Positions 21,683 through 31,688 of a stretch of 64,000 nucleotides of DNA are shown here, in pieces. The position numbers and the translations under genes were made by a program. The notes under the pieces are model-generated. The model was not told the origin of the DNA. It was given only the letters and a program-made list of their open reading frames with translations, and did not search any database. Origin of the DNA: Chloroflexota bacterium (GTDB lineage Bacteria; Bacillota; Sulfobacillia; JBFLWA01; JBLNDB01); NCBI GenBank assembly GCA_050261235.1, contig JBLNDB010000092.1, forward strand, positions 18,833 through 82,832, given 5' to 3'. Every line of letters starts with the position of its first letter. Position 1 is the first letter of the stretch.

Positions 21683-22749
21683 TCAGCGCTACGGTCGTTC
21701 TCAACTGGCTACTCTCGGCCGCAGCCATCGCGCTGGTGTTCGGTGGCATGATGACAGCGCATGAGTACGGGCACTACTTGTTCGCCAAGCGTGCCAAGAT
21801 GCGGGTCGACGAGTTCTCGATCGGCATCGGACCGAAGTTGTACTCCTTCAAGCGCGGCGAGACACTGTTCTCCATCCGACCGGTGCCGGTGATGGCGTTC
21901 GTCAAGATTGCCGGCTCGACTCCTGATGAAATCGATGATCCCGACGGCTTTGCGCGGAAACCCCTCCTCAGCCGCATCATGACGATTGCCGGCGGCCCGC
22001 TGGCAAACATCGTCCTCGCGGTGGTCCTGTTCGCGCTGGTCTTCATGGGGCAAGGCTACCCGGTCACCCCGAAAATCGAAAGCGTCACTGAAGGCAAACC
22101 GGCCGCAATGGCTGGCCTGCTCCCGGGGGATCTCGTAATCGCCATCGACGGGCGGCGCACGACCGACTGGGAGCAGTTGCGGGTAGCCATCGTCGCCCAC
22201 CCGAATCAGCCGCTGCGCCTGACAGTGAACCGCGCCGGGGCGACGCAGGACATCGTCGTCGTACCACAGACGACGGTGGAATCACAGGGACAACCAGTCA
22301 TCGGCGTGACCATCGGCGCTGAGTTCAGGCGACTGAACGTCATCAGCGCCATCGGCCAGGCGGCGCGTGAGACCGGCCGCCAGGTCGCTGGCTGGGCTCA
22401 AGGGCTGGGCATGCTGATCACCCGCCGCATTCCTGGTGGAGTCGACGCCAGCCTGCAGGGCCCGGTGGGCATCTCCCGCTACATCGGCCGGGCGGCCAGT
22501 GTCGGCCTGTTCGCGCTGCTCGCCGTCGCCGCGCAGCTGTCGACGATTCTCGGGCTGATGAACCTGCTGCCCATCCCGGCGCTTGACGGCAGCCGTCTGG
22601 TGTTCCTCGGCATCGAGGGCATCCGCCGGCGGCCGATCGATCCCGAGCGGGAGAACATGGTTCATGTCGTCGGCTTGGCGCTGCTGCTCGCGTTGGCCGT
22701 CTTCGTCACCTATCTCGACATCAAGAAGCTCGGCACACCGCTGCCGTGA
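21679..22749 (+). CDS. rseP: RIP zinc metalloprotease RseP/RasP (site-2 protease)
   Basis: HEYGHYLFAK motif within TM1, a PDZ region, and the C-terminal LNLLPIPALDG motif. Confidence 0.9.
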   Translation: MISATVVLNWLLSAAAIALVFGGMMTAHEYGHYLFAKRAKMRVDEFSIGIGPKLYSFKRGETLFSIRPVPVMAFVKIAGSTPDEIDDPDGFARKPLLSRIMTIAGGPLANIVLAVVLFALVFMGQGYPVTPKIESVTEGKPAAMAGLLPGDLVIAIDGRRTTDWEQLRVAIVAHPNQPLRLTVNRAGATQDIVVVPQTTVESQGQPVIGVTIGAEFRRLNVISAIGQAARETGRQVAGWAQGLGMLITRRIPGGVDASLQGPVGISRYIGRAASVGLFALLAVAAQLSTILGLMNLLPIPALDGSRLVFLGIEGIRRRPIDPERENMVHVVGLALLLALAVFVTYLDIKKLGTPLP

Positions 22750-22762
22750 AGGGGAGAGCGCT

Positions 22763-23830
22763 ATGAGGCGTGCGACGCGGGCGGTGCGGGTAGGTACGCT
22801 GATGATCGGCGGCGACGCCCCGGTCACCGTCCAGTCGATGACCAAGACGGACACCCGCGACATCGACGCGACAGTCCGCCAGATCGACGAACTGACCGAT
22901 GCAGGTTGCGAGATCATCCGCCTTGCCGTGCCTGACATGGAAGCCGCGACCGCACTGGGAGAGATCAAACGGCGGACAAGGTTGCCGTTGGTGGCGGACA
23001 TCCATTTCGACTACCGCCTCGCGCTGGAAGCGCTGCGTCAGGGCGTGGACAAGCTGCGCCTCAATCCTGGCAACATCGGCGGGCGAGAGCGCGTCGCGGC
23101 AGTTGCCACCGCCGCAAAGGAGCGTGGCGTGCCGATCCGCATCGGTGTCAACGCTGGCTCCCTGCAGTCAGACCTGCGCGGCCTGCCGCTCCCGGAAGCG
23201 ATGGTCGAGAGTGCGCTGAGGCATGCGGCCATGCTGGAAGATGTGGACTTCCCCGACATCCTCTTGTCGGTCAAGGCGGCGGAGGTAATGGAGACGATTG
23301 CCGCGTACCGGCTGCTGGCCCAGCGCTGCTCGTACCCGCTGCACCTCGGCGTGACGCACACGGGCAGCGAAGCGAGTGGTCTCATCCGATCGGGGCTCGG
23401 CATCGGCAGTCTGCTCGTCGATGGTATCGGTGACACTCTGCGGGTTACTCTCACCGCTGACCCGGTCGCCGAGGTGCGCGCCGGCTACGAGATCCTCCGG
23501 GCAACCGAACGGCGCCGCGTCGGCCCCGAGATCATCGCCTGCCCGACCTGCGGTCGCACTGAGATCGACCTGCGGGGACTGCTGGCGACGGTCGAGGCGG
23601 CGCTGGCAGACGTGAGGACGCCGATCAGGGTGGCCGTCATGGGCTGCGCGGTGAATGGCCCGGGCGAGGCGCGCGATGCCGACATCGGCGTCGCCGGTGG
23701 GCGGGGCGGCGGGGTGATTTTCCGCCACGGCCGCATCCTCCGGCGCGTGGAGGAGGAGCAAATGGCCGATTCGTTCCTCGCCGAGCTCAGACTGCTACTG
23801 AGAGAACGTGGCCAGACGGAGAATCCTTGA
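22763..23830 (+). CDS. ispG: 4-hydroxy-3-methylbut-2-enyl diphosphate synthase
   Basis: Start trimmed to MRRATRAVRVGTLMIGGDAPVTVQSMTKTDT. Cys-x2-Cys Fe-S cluster motif (ACPTCGRT). Confidence 0.95.
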   Translation: MRRATRAVRVGTLMIGGDAPVTVQSMTKTDTRDIDATVRQIDELTDAGCEIIRLAVPDMEAATALGEIKRRTRLPLVADIHFDYRLALEALRQGVDKLRLNPGNIGGRERVAAVATAAKERGVPIRIGVNAGSLQSDLRGLPLPEAMVESALRHAAMLEDVDFPDILLSVKAAEVMETIAAYRLLAQRCSYPLHLGVTHTGSEASGLIRSGLGIGSLLVDGIGDTLRVTLTADPVAEVRAGYEILRATERRRVGPEIIACPTCGRTEIDLRGLLATVEAALADVRTPIRVAVMGCAVNGPGEARDADIGVAGGRGGGVIFRHGRILRRVEEEQMADSFLAELRLLLRERGQTENP

Positions 23831-23834
23831 CAGC

Positions 23835-24085
23835 GACGGTCGTTGCTGCTAAGATTAGGCCAAGTCAGGCAATGACGAGGATCGTAGACAGGTCGCCGGT
23901 CCACAGGAACCGACTCCGCAGACTGAGAGAGCCGGGATGGCGCTGTCGAACCCACCTCCGAGCCGGCGGCGATGAGCCGCCCGGTAGCCGCCGTTACCGG
24001 CAGCGAGCGCCCCACCTGACCGGTGGGGAATCAGGGTGGTACCGCGGAATGAACTTCCGTCCCTATCGGGACGGAAGTTTTCTGT
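23835..24085 (+). promoter_or_regulatory. T-box riboswitch leader (tRNA-Pro-sensing) with terminator, upstream of proS
   Basis: Stem-I GAGAGA element near 23923. Conserved T-box sequence AATCAGGGTGGTACCGCGG at about 24029-24047. Immediately followed by terminator CTTCCGTCCC-TATC-GGGACGGAAG-TTTTCTGTTT at 24054-24086. CCN triplets sit in the putative specifier region near 23950. Confidence 0.75.
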
Positions 24086-24129
24086 TTGCCCGCAAGGGGG
24101 AATACCTTAATCCGAAAGGGGTCAGAGCA

Positions 24130-25587
24130 ATGGCGGAGGCAAACCGTACAGACAGCGATTTCGTGAAAGAGATCACGCCCAAGAGCCAGGACTACTCGCA
24201 GTGGTACGTCGACGTGATCCGCAAGGCCGAACTGATGGATTACGCTCCGGTGAAGGGCTGCATGGTCATCCGCCCGTACGGATACGCGCTCTGGGAGCGC
24301 GTCCAGGAGGGTCTGGACCGGCGGTTCAAGGCGACCGGCCACATGAACGCCTACTTCCCGATGTTCATCCCGGAGAGCTTCCTGCTCAAGGAGGCCGAGC
24401 ACGTCGAGGGATTCGCGCCGGAGTGCGCCTGGGTGACCATCGGTGGCGGCGAGGAACTGACTGAGAAGCTGGCGATCAGGCCGACCTCCGAGACGATCAT
24501 CTGCTCGATGTACGCCAAGTGGATCAAGTCCTATCGCGATCTGCCGGTGCTCATCAACCAGTGGGCGAACGTCGTCCGCTGGGAGAAGTCGGTCCGCCCG
24601 TTCCTGCGCACGACCGAATTCCTCTGGCAGGAGGGCCACACGGCGCATCGCTCTGCCGCCGACGCGGAGGCGGAGACGGCGCGGATGCTCGACGTCTACC
24701 GCGACTTCGTCGAGACTGACCTCGCCATACCGGTCATCCCGGGCCGCAAGACCGAGAAGGAGAAGTTCGCCGGCGCGGTCGCGACTTACTCGATCGAGGC
24801 CCTGATGGGCGATGGCAAGGCCCTTCAGGCCGGCACCAGCCACTATCTCGGCGACCGCTTCGCGAAGGGGTTCGGCATCCAGTTCCTCGACGAGGACAAT
24901 ACGCTGAAGTACGTGCAGCAGACGTCCTGGGGCATGAGCACGCGCATCGTCGGCGCCATCATCATGGTCCACGGCGATGACCGCGGGCTGGTCCTGCCCC
25001 CGAAGGTGGCGCCGTTCCAGGTCGTCATCGTGCCGATCGCGCCGACAAAGGAGCGCGAGTCAGTCCTGGCCGCTGCCGTCGCCCTCCGCGACCGGCTGGC
25101 AGGGGTGGCCAGAGTGAAGCTCGATGATCGCGCCGAGTACACTCCAGGTTGGAAGTTCAACGACTGGGAGATGCGCGGCGTGCCTCTCCGCGTCGAAATC
25201 GGACCACGCGACATCAAGAACGGGCAGTGCGTCCTGGTTCGCCGCGACAGCGGCGAGAAGGCCACGGTGCCGCTCGCAGGCGTGGAGACGACAGTCAGCG
25301 AGATGCTGGTCACAATTCAGGCCGCGATGTTCGACCGCGCCAAGCAGTTCATGAGCGACAACACGAGTCAGGTCGAGACCCTGGCTGAACTGGGCGAGAC
25401 CATCGAGCAGAAGCGCGGCCTAGTACTTGCCGGCTGGTGCGGCGACCCAGAGTGCGAAGCCAAGGTGAAGGATGAGACGGGTGCGACGATCCGCAACATC
25501 CCGTTCAGCACTCCGGCGACTGCTGAGCGATGCGTCTGCTGCGGCCAGCCGGCCCGGCACACGGTCTATTTCGCGCGCGCCTACTGA
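24130..25587 (+). CDS. proS: Proline--tRNA ligase (archaeal/eukaryote-like short form)
   Basis: Start trimmed from 23827 to MAEANRTDSDFVKEITPKSQDYSQWY. Class II aaRS motifs and the C-terminal zinc-binding Cys pair. Confidence 0.9.
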   Translation: MAEANRTDSDFVKEITPKSQDYSQWYVDVIRKAELMDYAPVKGCMVIRPYGYALWERVQEGLDRRFKATGHMNAYFPMFIPESFLLKEAEHVEGFAPECAWVTIGGGEELTEKLAIRPTSETIICSMYAKWIKSYRDLPVLINQWANVVRWEKSVRPFLRTTEFLWQEGHTAHRSAADAEAETARMLDVYRDFVETDLAIPVIPGRKTEKEKFAGAVATYSIEALMGDGKALQAGTSHYLGDRFAKGFGIQFLDEDNTLKYVQQTSWGMSTRIVGAIIMVHGDDRGLVLPPKVAPFQVVIVPIAPTKERESVLAAAVALRDRLAGVARVKLDDRAEYTPGWKFNDWEMRGVPLRVEIGPRDIKNGQCVLVRRDSGEKATVPLAGVETTVSEMLVTIQAAMFDRAKQFMSDNTSQVETLAELGETIEQKRGLVLAGWCGDPECEAKVKDETGATIRNIPFSTPATAERCVCCGQPARHTVYFARAY

Positions 25588-25693
25588 TGGCGGGTCGTTC
25601 GCAAAGAAGGAAGCGGCGCCGGTCGCGCTGAATACAGTAGCGGCTGGCAGGCTAAGTTACCTGTCGTGCGGCTATTGGTAACGGAGGAGCGCT

Positions 25694-26338
25694 GTGACAA
25701 TCACACAGGACAAGGTTGTTGCCCTTATTCCGGCGTTCAACGAGGAGCGGACTGTCGGCCCTGTGGTCGATGCCATCAGGGCTCTGCCCGTCATTGCCGA
25801 GGTCGTGGTCATCGCCGACGGCTGCAGCGATGAGACGGCGCGCGTCGCTGCGGAACACGGGGCCCGCGTGGTCGAGCTGCGGGAGAACATCGGCAAGGCC
25901 GGCGCAATCAAGGCCGGCCTGGACACTACCGACGCCACCATCATTGTCACCATCGACGCCGATTTGATCGGTCTGTTGCCGAGTCACGTCGACAGTCTGC
26001 TGACGCCGGTGCTGACCCGTGAGGCAGCAATGACCGTTGGCCTGTTCGACGGCGGACGGGTGGCGACCGAGTTGGCCCAGATCGTCACGCCGTATCTCTC
26101 AGGACAGCGCGCCATGCGCCGGGAGTTGCTCGACGGCATCACCGACCTCAAGGACCTGCGGTTCGGCATCGAGGTGGCCCTGACGAAGCAAGCCAATCTG
26201 ACCAATGCCCGCACCATCGAGGTGCTCCTGCCCGGCGTGTCGCAGGTGCTCAAGGAAGAGAAACGCGGCTTCATGAAAGGGTTCGCGGCAAGGATGCGGA
26301 TGTACCGCGATATCGTCAAGTACGTGGTCAAGAACTAG
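25694..26338 (+). CDS. Family 2 glycosyltransferase (short, 214 aa)
   Basis: GTG start with GGAGG upstream. IPAFNEE...VVIADGCSDET...TIDADL GT-A motifs. Confidence 0.7.
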   Translation: MTITQDKVVALIPAFNEERTVGPVVDAIRALPVIAEVVVIADGCSDETARVAAEHGARVVELRENIGKAGAIKAGLDTTDATIIVTIDADLIGLLPSHVDSLLTPVLTREAAMTVGLFDGGRVATELAQIVTPYLSGQRAMRRELLDGITDLKDLRFGIEVALTKQANLTNARTIEVLLPGVSQVLKEEKRGFMKGFAARMRMYRDIVKYVVKN

Positions 26339-26418
26339 GGTTGCAGCTCATGGCCACCAGGCCGATCGGCCTGGTGGCTGAGTTTGCCCCTGACGTAAGC
26401 GTCGGGAGTGTGGGGGTG

Positions 26419-27090
26419 ATGGCACTGGTCACGGTCGCTGTCGTTGCGCGCCTGTCGCTGTCACTGCTGCTCGGCGGTCTGATCGGCCTCGAGCGTGAGC
26501 TGCATGGGCGGCCGGCTGGTTTTCGGACCCACATCCTTGTCTGCCTCGGTTCGGCGCTCACGATGGTAATCGGTGCCGAGGTCCGGGCGTCGTCAATCGG
26601 CGTGTCGGTCGATCCGACGCGCATTGCCGCCAACGTCGTCAGCGGCATCGGTTTCCTTGGGGCCGGGACGATATTGCGTGAAGGGGTCAACGTCCGCGGC
26701 CTGACCACCGCGGCCAGCCTGTGGGTCAGCGCCGTGATCGGTCTGGCGGCGGGAGCGGGCACCTACATCTCGGCCGTCAGCACGACGGCACTGGCGCTGC
26801 TTGCTCTGGGCCTGATGTCCTGGATTGAACGGAGATTGGTCGGCGTCAAGCGCGAGCATGTTGTCCGGGTCGCCGTTGCTGACCGCCCGGGGCAGATTGG
26901 CCGCATCGGCTCTGTGCTGGGCGGACTCGGCGTCGACATTCGCAACATCAGGATCATGCCCAGTCAGGATGAATGCGTCGACGTCGAGCTGATCCTGCGC
27001 CTGCCGCAGGGGCAGGCCGTTTCAGTGACGACGGTCGCCGCAGCGCTCACCGACATCGAAGGAGTCTTCTCAGTCGAGGAACAGGAGTAG
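26419..27090 (+). CDS. mgtC: MgtC/SapB family membrane protein with C-terminal ACT-like domain
   Basis: LLLGGLIGLERELHGRPAGFRTHILVCLGSAL is the MgtC signature. Start trimmed to MALVTVAVV. Confidence 0.8.
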   Translation: MALVTVAVVARLSLSLLLGGLIGLERELHGRPAGFRTHILVCLGSALTMVIGAEVRASSIGVSVDPTRIAANVVSGIGFLGAGTILREGVNVRGLTTAASLWVSAVIGLAAGAGTYISAVSTTALALLALGLMSWIERRLVGVKREHVVRVAVADRPGQIGRIGSVLGGLGVDIRNIRIMPSQDECVDVELILRLPQGQAVSVTTVAAALTDIEGVFSVEEQE

Positions 27091-27117
27091 TCGCACCAGT
27101 CCAAGGGGGCAGTCTCG

Positions 27118-30100
27118 TTGCTGCAAGGTGGGCAGAACATCGCCGGCGCATCTCTGCTGGACCGCCTGTTGGCCGAGCTTCCGGCCAGCGACGAAGGACG
27201 GGCCAGCATCGCCGCCAGCCGCGTCGTCGCCCTGGAGGTCAGTCGCCGGGACCGCATCTGGCGCTGCCATCTGGCGACACCGGTCAAGGTACCCGAATCC
27301 TCCCTGAAGCTGCTGGCTGAGCGACTCTGCCAGCGGATGCAGGGACTGCACGGCGTGCATTTTGTTCAGCACCAACAATACACCGATCTATCCGAGCTGG
27401 TGGCGCGGGAATGGGGTTTCATCTGCAAGGCCTTGGCCGATCTCGCCCCTGGTGCGCGCGGCGCCCTGAAGCAGGTCACCCCGGTGGTGCGGGGGCCGGA
27501 ACTGCTCTGCCTGGAGTGCTCGGACGCGGTCACGCAACGGCTGCTTGACCGGGAGAAGGTCCTTGGCGCAGTGACCGGGCTGGTCCAGCGCTTCACCGGC
27601 ACTTCGATCCGGGTGGTTGCTTCCTGCGGTCCGTCGCCAAGGAGCGACGAGACAGCGCCAGAGCAGGGCCAAGAACCGCCGGTTGCCGAACCGCCCGACG
27701 TTCCCGCCGCTCATGGCGCCTCGCCTGATGGCGGCGCCGCTGACGCCCCGCTCGACCTGCCGATCGTCGTCCTGCCGCCCAAGAGCGCCGACCCGGCGAG
27801 TCAGGTCCTGTTCGGGCGCGTCATCAAGAGCGATCCGCAGGCAATCAGCGGCATCGTCGATGAGAAGCGCGGCCTGACCATTTGCGGTCAGGTGCTTGCC
27901 GTCGATCAGCGGGAGACGGGGAGCGGCCGAACGCTGGTCGTGTTCGACATCACCGACTTCACCGACTCGATCACGGTCAAGCTGTTCGCCGATCCTGCCG
28001 GCGGCCGCAATCCCCTCGCCGGGCCGATCGTCAGCGGCGCCTGGCTGAAAGTCCGCGGAACCGTGCAACTCGATCGCCGTGACCAGGAACTGGTCATGAT
28101 GGCTGATGACGTGATGATCGCCGATCCGCCGCTCCGTCAGGACCGGGCAGCCGAGAAGCGTGTCGAACTGCATCTGCATACGACACTGTCCGCAATGGAC
28201 GGCCTCACCAAGATCGAGGACGCTATCAAGCGTGCCGCGCAGTGGGGGCACCCGGCCATCGCCATCACCGATCACGGAGTAGTCCAGGCATTCCCGACGG
28301 CCTACGGAGTCGGGCAGAGTGAAAAGGTCAAGATCATCCTCGGCATGGAGGGCTATCTGGTCGATGACGGCGCACCGATCTGCGTCAATGCCACCGATGA
28401 CCGGCTCGCCGGTGGCACGTACGTGGTCGTCGACACCGAGACGACGGGGCTGCGTCCCGGGGTCGACGAACTGATCGAGATCTGCGCCGTGAGGCTGGTC
28501 GGCGGTCAGGTGGCGGGCGAGTTCCAGACATTCGTCAGGCCGTCTTGCCAGATCAGCAAAGAGATTTCCGAACTGACCGGCATCACGCCCGCCGATGTCG
28601 CCGCCGCGCCGACAGCTGACGATGCCGTGGCGAAACTGTTGGCGTTCGTTGACGGCGCCTGCCTGGTCGCTCACAATGCCGCGTTTGACTGGGCGTTTCT
28701 GGCGCGAGTCGCAGACCGGCTGGGAGGCCGGCCGCAACTGCCGCTCCTCGACACCGTCGGTCTGGCCCGCGCGCTCGTGCCGGGCCTCAGGAATTACAAA
28801 CTCGACACGCTGACGGCTCACTTCGGCGTGAAGAACGAGGCCCGCCACCGAGCCGGCGGCGACGCAGCCGCCACGGCGCTGGTGTTCCGTTCGCTGCTGG
28901 AGATGGCAATCGAGCGCGGCGCAGAGACGCTCGCCGACCTGAATCGCCTGGCCGGAAAGACGAACATAACGGGCGCCGCAGCGCACCATGTCGTTCTGCT
29001 CGTCCAGCACCAACGCGGCCTGAGGAACCTCTACCGGTTGGTCAGCCGCTCTCACACCGAATACTTCTACCGTTACCCGCGCATTCCCCGGAGTCTGCTG
29101 AGCAGCCTGCGGGACGGATTACTGGTCGGTTCGGCATGCGCTGCCGGCGAGCTGGTGCAGGCTCTCGTTGCCGGCGCCAGCGATGAGGAACTGGAGGCCA
29201 TCGCCGGCTTCTATGATTATCTCGAGGTCCAGCCGGTCGGCAACAATGCTTTCCTCGTCCGAAACGGCTCGCTCCCCGATGAGGAGGCTCTTCGGGACCT
29301 CAACCGCCGCATCGTTGCCCTGGGTCGCAGGCTCGGCAAGCCCGTGGTCGCGACCGGCGATGTTCACTTCCTCGAGCCGCACGACGGCCAGTACCGGCAG
29401 GTTCTCCAGGCGGGGCAGGGGTACGAGGACGCCGATCAGGGAGCAGCGCTCTACTTCCGCACCACTGACGAGATGCTGGCCGAGTTCGCTTACCTCGGTG
29501 ACGAGGAAGCCCGGCGCATAGTCGTTGCTGAACCGCGAGCCCTGGCCGAGAGCATCGAGGACATCCAGCCAGTCCCGGAGGGCACGTTCCCGCCGCGACC
29601 GGCGGGCGCCGAGGAGGAACTGCGGGCCAGATGCACCGACCGCGCTCGTGAACTGTTCGGAGACGTCCTGCCGGAGGTCGTCGCCAGTCGGCTGGAGATG
29701 GAACTGAACGCGATCATCGGCAACGGCTATGCCGGCATCTACACGATCGCCCGCGACATCGTGCTGCGGGCCAACCAAGATGGTTATCTGGTCGGGTCGC
29801 GCGGCTCGGTCGGGTCGTCGCTGGTAGCGCACCTGTCCGGCATCACCGAGGTCAACCCGCTGCCAGCGCACTATCGTTGCCCGGTCTGTCGCCGGAGCGA
29901 GTTCCCCCAGGTCCCGGCCGGCACATCCGGCTTCGACCTGCCCGCCAAGATCTGCCCGGACTGCGGCGCAGCGATGACAAAGGACGGCCAGGACATCAAG
30001 TTCGAAGTGTTCATGGGCTTCAAGGGCAACAAGGTGCCTGACATCGACCTCAACTTCTCGGGTGAACAGCAGAGCGCGATGCACCACTGGGTCGTCGACT

Positions 30101-31461
30101 ACCTTGGCAAGGAGTCCGTCTACCGAGCCGGAACCATCGCCACTGTGGCCGAGAAGACAGCGTTCGGGTTCGCCCGCGCTTACACCAGCAACAACGAACG
30201 GCCACCCCGTCGGGCGGAGCTGCAGCGCCTGGCAATCGGCTGCAGTGGCGTGAAGCGGACCACCGGTCGCCATCCCGGCGGGTTGGTTGTCGTGCCCGAG
30301 GGCCGGCACATCGAGGAGTTCACGCCGGTCCAGTATCCGGCCAATGACACCAGCGCCGACATGCTGACGACCCATTTCGACTACGATTCGATGCACGACC
30401 AGCTGACGAAACTCGACATGCTCGGTCACGACGACCCGACCGTGATCAAGCTCCTCGGCGACATCACCGGGATCGACGTCAAGCAGATCCCGTTCGACGA
30501 CCCGGCGACTCTGTCGCTCTTCTCGTCGGTCGAAGCGCTCGCAGTCAAGCCCGATGACATCGGCGGCTGCACCGTCGGCACCCTTGGCGTGCCCGAGTTC
30601 GGCACTCGCTTCGTCCGCTCGATGCTCGAGGACACGCGGCCGCAGACGTTCAGCGATCTGGTCCGGATTTCCGGTCTGTCTCACGGGACAATGGTCTGGC
30701 AGGGCAACCAGCAAGACCTGATCCGCAATCAGACCGCGACCTTGCAGGAGATCGTCGGCTGTCGCGACGACATCCTGCTCTACCTGACGTCGTGCGGCAT
30801 GGATGCGCTGCAAGCGTTCAACATCATGGAGGCTGTCCGCAAGGGCAAGGGGATCAAGGACGCCGAGGTCGCGGCGATGCAGAAGCTTGGTGTTCCTTCG
30901 TGGTACATCGATGCCTGCCGCAAGATCTCCTACCTCTTCCCGAAGGCCCATGCCGCTGCCTATGTCATGATGGCGTTCCGCATCGCCTACTTCAAGGTCC
31001 ACTTCCCGGCGGCGTTCTACGCCACGTACTTCAGCGTCCGGGCCGACGACTTCGACAGCGACATGATCGCACCGGACGTCACGATGCTGCGCGATCGGCT
31101 GGCGGCCATCGAGGCGAAGGGGCGCGAGGCGCCGATCAAGGAGAAGAACCAGGCGGTCATCCTCGAAGTGGCAATCGAGATGTACGTCCGCGGCATCAAG
31201 TTCGCCCCGGTCAACCTGGCCGAATCGGACGCGAAGCGGTTCCTCATCCGCGATGGCGACCTGCTGGCGCCGTTTGTCGCCATCCCCGGGCTTGGCGAAG
31301 CCGCGGCGAACAGCATCACTGACGCCAGGGCGGCAGGTCCGTTCCGCTCGATTCAGGATCTCCAGGCGCGGACCCGTATTTCCCGTGCCGTGCTCGACCT
31401 GCTCCGCGCCAGCGGTGCGCTGGCCGGCCTGCCCGAAGACAACCAGCTGTCTCTGTTCTAG
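27118..31461 (+). CDS. polC: DNA polymerase III PolC-type (Gram-positive replicative polymerase)
   Basis: 1447 aa with an OB-fold, a 3'-5' exonuclease domain inserted within PHP (VVDTETTGL), and the polymerase core. TTG start with AAGGGGG upstream. Confidence 0.95.
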   Translation: MLQGGQNIAGASLLDRLLAELPASDEGRASIAASRVVALEVSRRDRIWRCHLATPVKVPESSLKLLAERLCQRMQGLHGVHFVQHQQYTDLSELVAREWGFICKALADLAPGARGALKQVTPVVRGPELLCLECSDAVTQRLLDREKVLGAVTGLVQRFTGTSIRVVASCGPSPRSDETAPEQGQEPPVAEPPDVPAAHGASPDGGAADAPLDLPIVVLPPKSADPASQVLFGRVIKSDPQAISGIVDEKRGLTICGQVLAVDQRETGSGRTLVVFDITDFTDSITVKLFADPAGGRNPLAGPIVSGAWLKVRGTVQLDRRDQELVMMADDVMIADPPLRQDRAAEKRVELHLHTTLSAMDGLTKIEDAIKRAAQWGHPAIAITDHGVVQAFPTAYGVGQSEKVKIILGMEGYLVDDGAPICVNATDDRLAGGTYVVVDTETTGLRPGVDELIEICAVRLVGGQVAGEFQTFVRPSCQISKEISELTGITPADVAAAPTADDAVAKLLAFVDGACLVAHNAAFDWAFLARVADRLGGRPQLPLLDTVGLARALVPGLRNYKLDTLTAHFGVKNEARHRAGGDAAATALVFRSLLEMAIERGAETLADLNRLAGKTNITGAAAHHVVLLVQHQRGLRNLYRLVSRSHTEYFYRYPRIPRSLLSSLRDGLLVGSACAAGELVQALVAGASDEELEAIAGFYDYLEVQPVGNNAFLVRNGSLPDEEALRDLNRRIVALGRRLGKPVVATGDVHFLEPHDGQYRQVLQAGQGYEDADQGAALYFRTTDEMLAEFAYLGDEEARRIVVAEPRALAESIEDIQPVPEGTFPPRPAGAEEELRARCTDRARELFGDVLPEVVASRLEMELNAIIGNGYAGIYTIARDIVLRANQDGYLVGSRGSVGSSLVAHLSGITEVNPLPAHYRCPVCRRSEFPQVPAGTSGFDLPAKICPDCGAAMTKDGQDIKFEVFMGFKGNKVPDIDLNFSGEQQSAMHHWVVDYLGKESVYRAGTIATVAEKTAFGFARAYTSNNERPPRRAELQRLAIGCSGVKRTTGRHPGGLVVVPEGRHIEEFTPVQYPANDTSADMLTTHFDYDSMHDQLTKLDMLGHDDPTVIKLLGDITGIDVKQIPFDDPATLSLFSSVEALAVKPDDIGGCTVGTLGVPEFGTRFVRSMLEDTRPQTFSDLVRISGLSHGTMVWQGNQQDLIRNQTATLQEIVGCRDDILLYLTSCGMDALQAFNIMEAVRKGKGIKDAEVAAMQKLGVPSWYIDACRKISYLFPKAHAAAYVMMAFRIAYFKVHFPAAFYATYFSVRADDFDSDMIAPDVTMLRDRLAAIEAKGREAPIKEKNQAVILEVAIEMYVRGIKFAPVNLAESDAKRFLIRDGDLLAPFVAIPGLGEAAANSITDARAAGPFRSIQDLQARTRISRAVLDLLRASGALAGLPEDNQLSLF

Positions 31462-31535
31462 CGTTCGGCCAGGTTCGGGGCGATGGTATCGCCGCTCCCC
31501 GTGGCGGGCAGATTACGCGACGAGGCCCGGCTACC

Positions 31536-31564
31536 TTGCCAACCGCTGGCGGATGTGCTAGACT
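31536..31564 (+). promoter_or_regulatory. Putative sigma-A promoter TTGCCA-17-TAGACT for the rimP-nusA-infB operon
   Basis: Hexamers with a 17-nt spacer in the polC-rimP gap. Confidence 0.4.
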
Positions 31565-31591
31565 GATACACGGAAGTTGTGCGAGCGAACG

Positions 31592-31615
31592 GGGAGTGGG
31601 TGCAAACCCACTCCC
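31592..31615 (+). other. Leader stem-loop GGGAGTGGGT-GCAA-ACCCACTCCC (GNRA tetraloop) in the rimP 5' UTR
   Basis: Perfect 10-bp stem with no U-tract, about 28 nt downstream of the candidate -10. Confidence 0.35.
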
Positions 31616-31688
31616 TTGTCTCAGTGCGGACGAGTTGAACGCGACCCGCTGCGCGGCTGCAGCGAGAACTTGCTCTTGGAGGGCAGCG

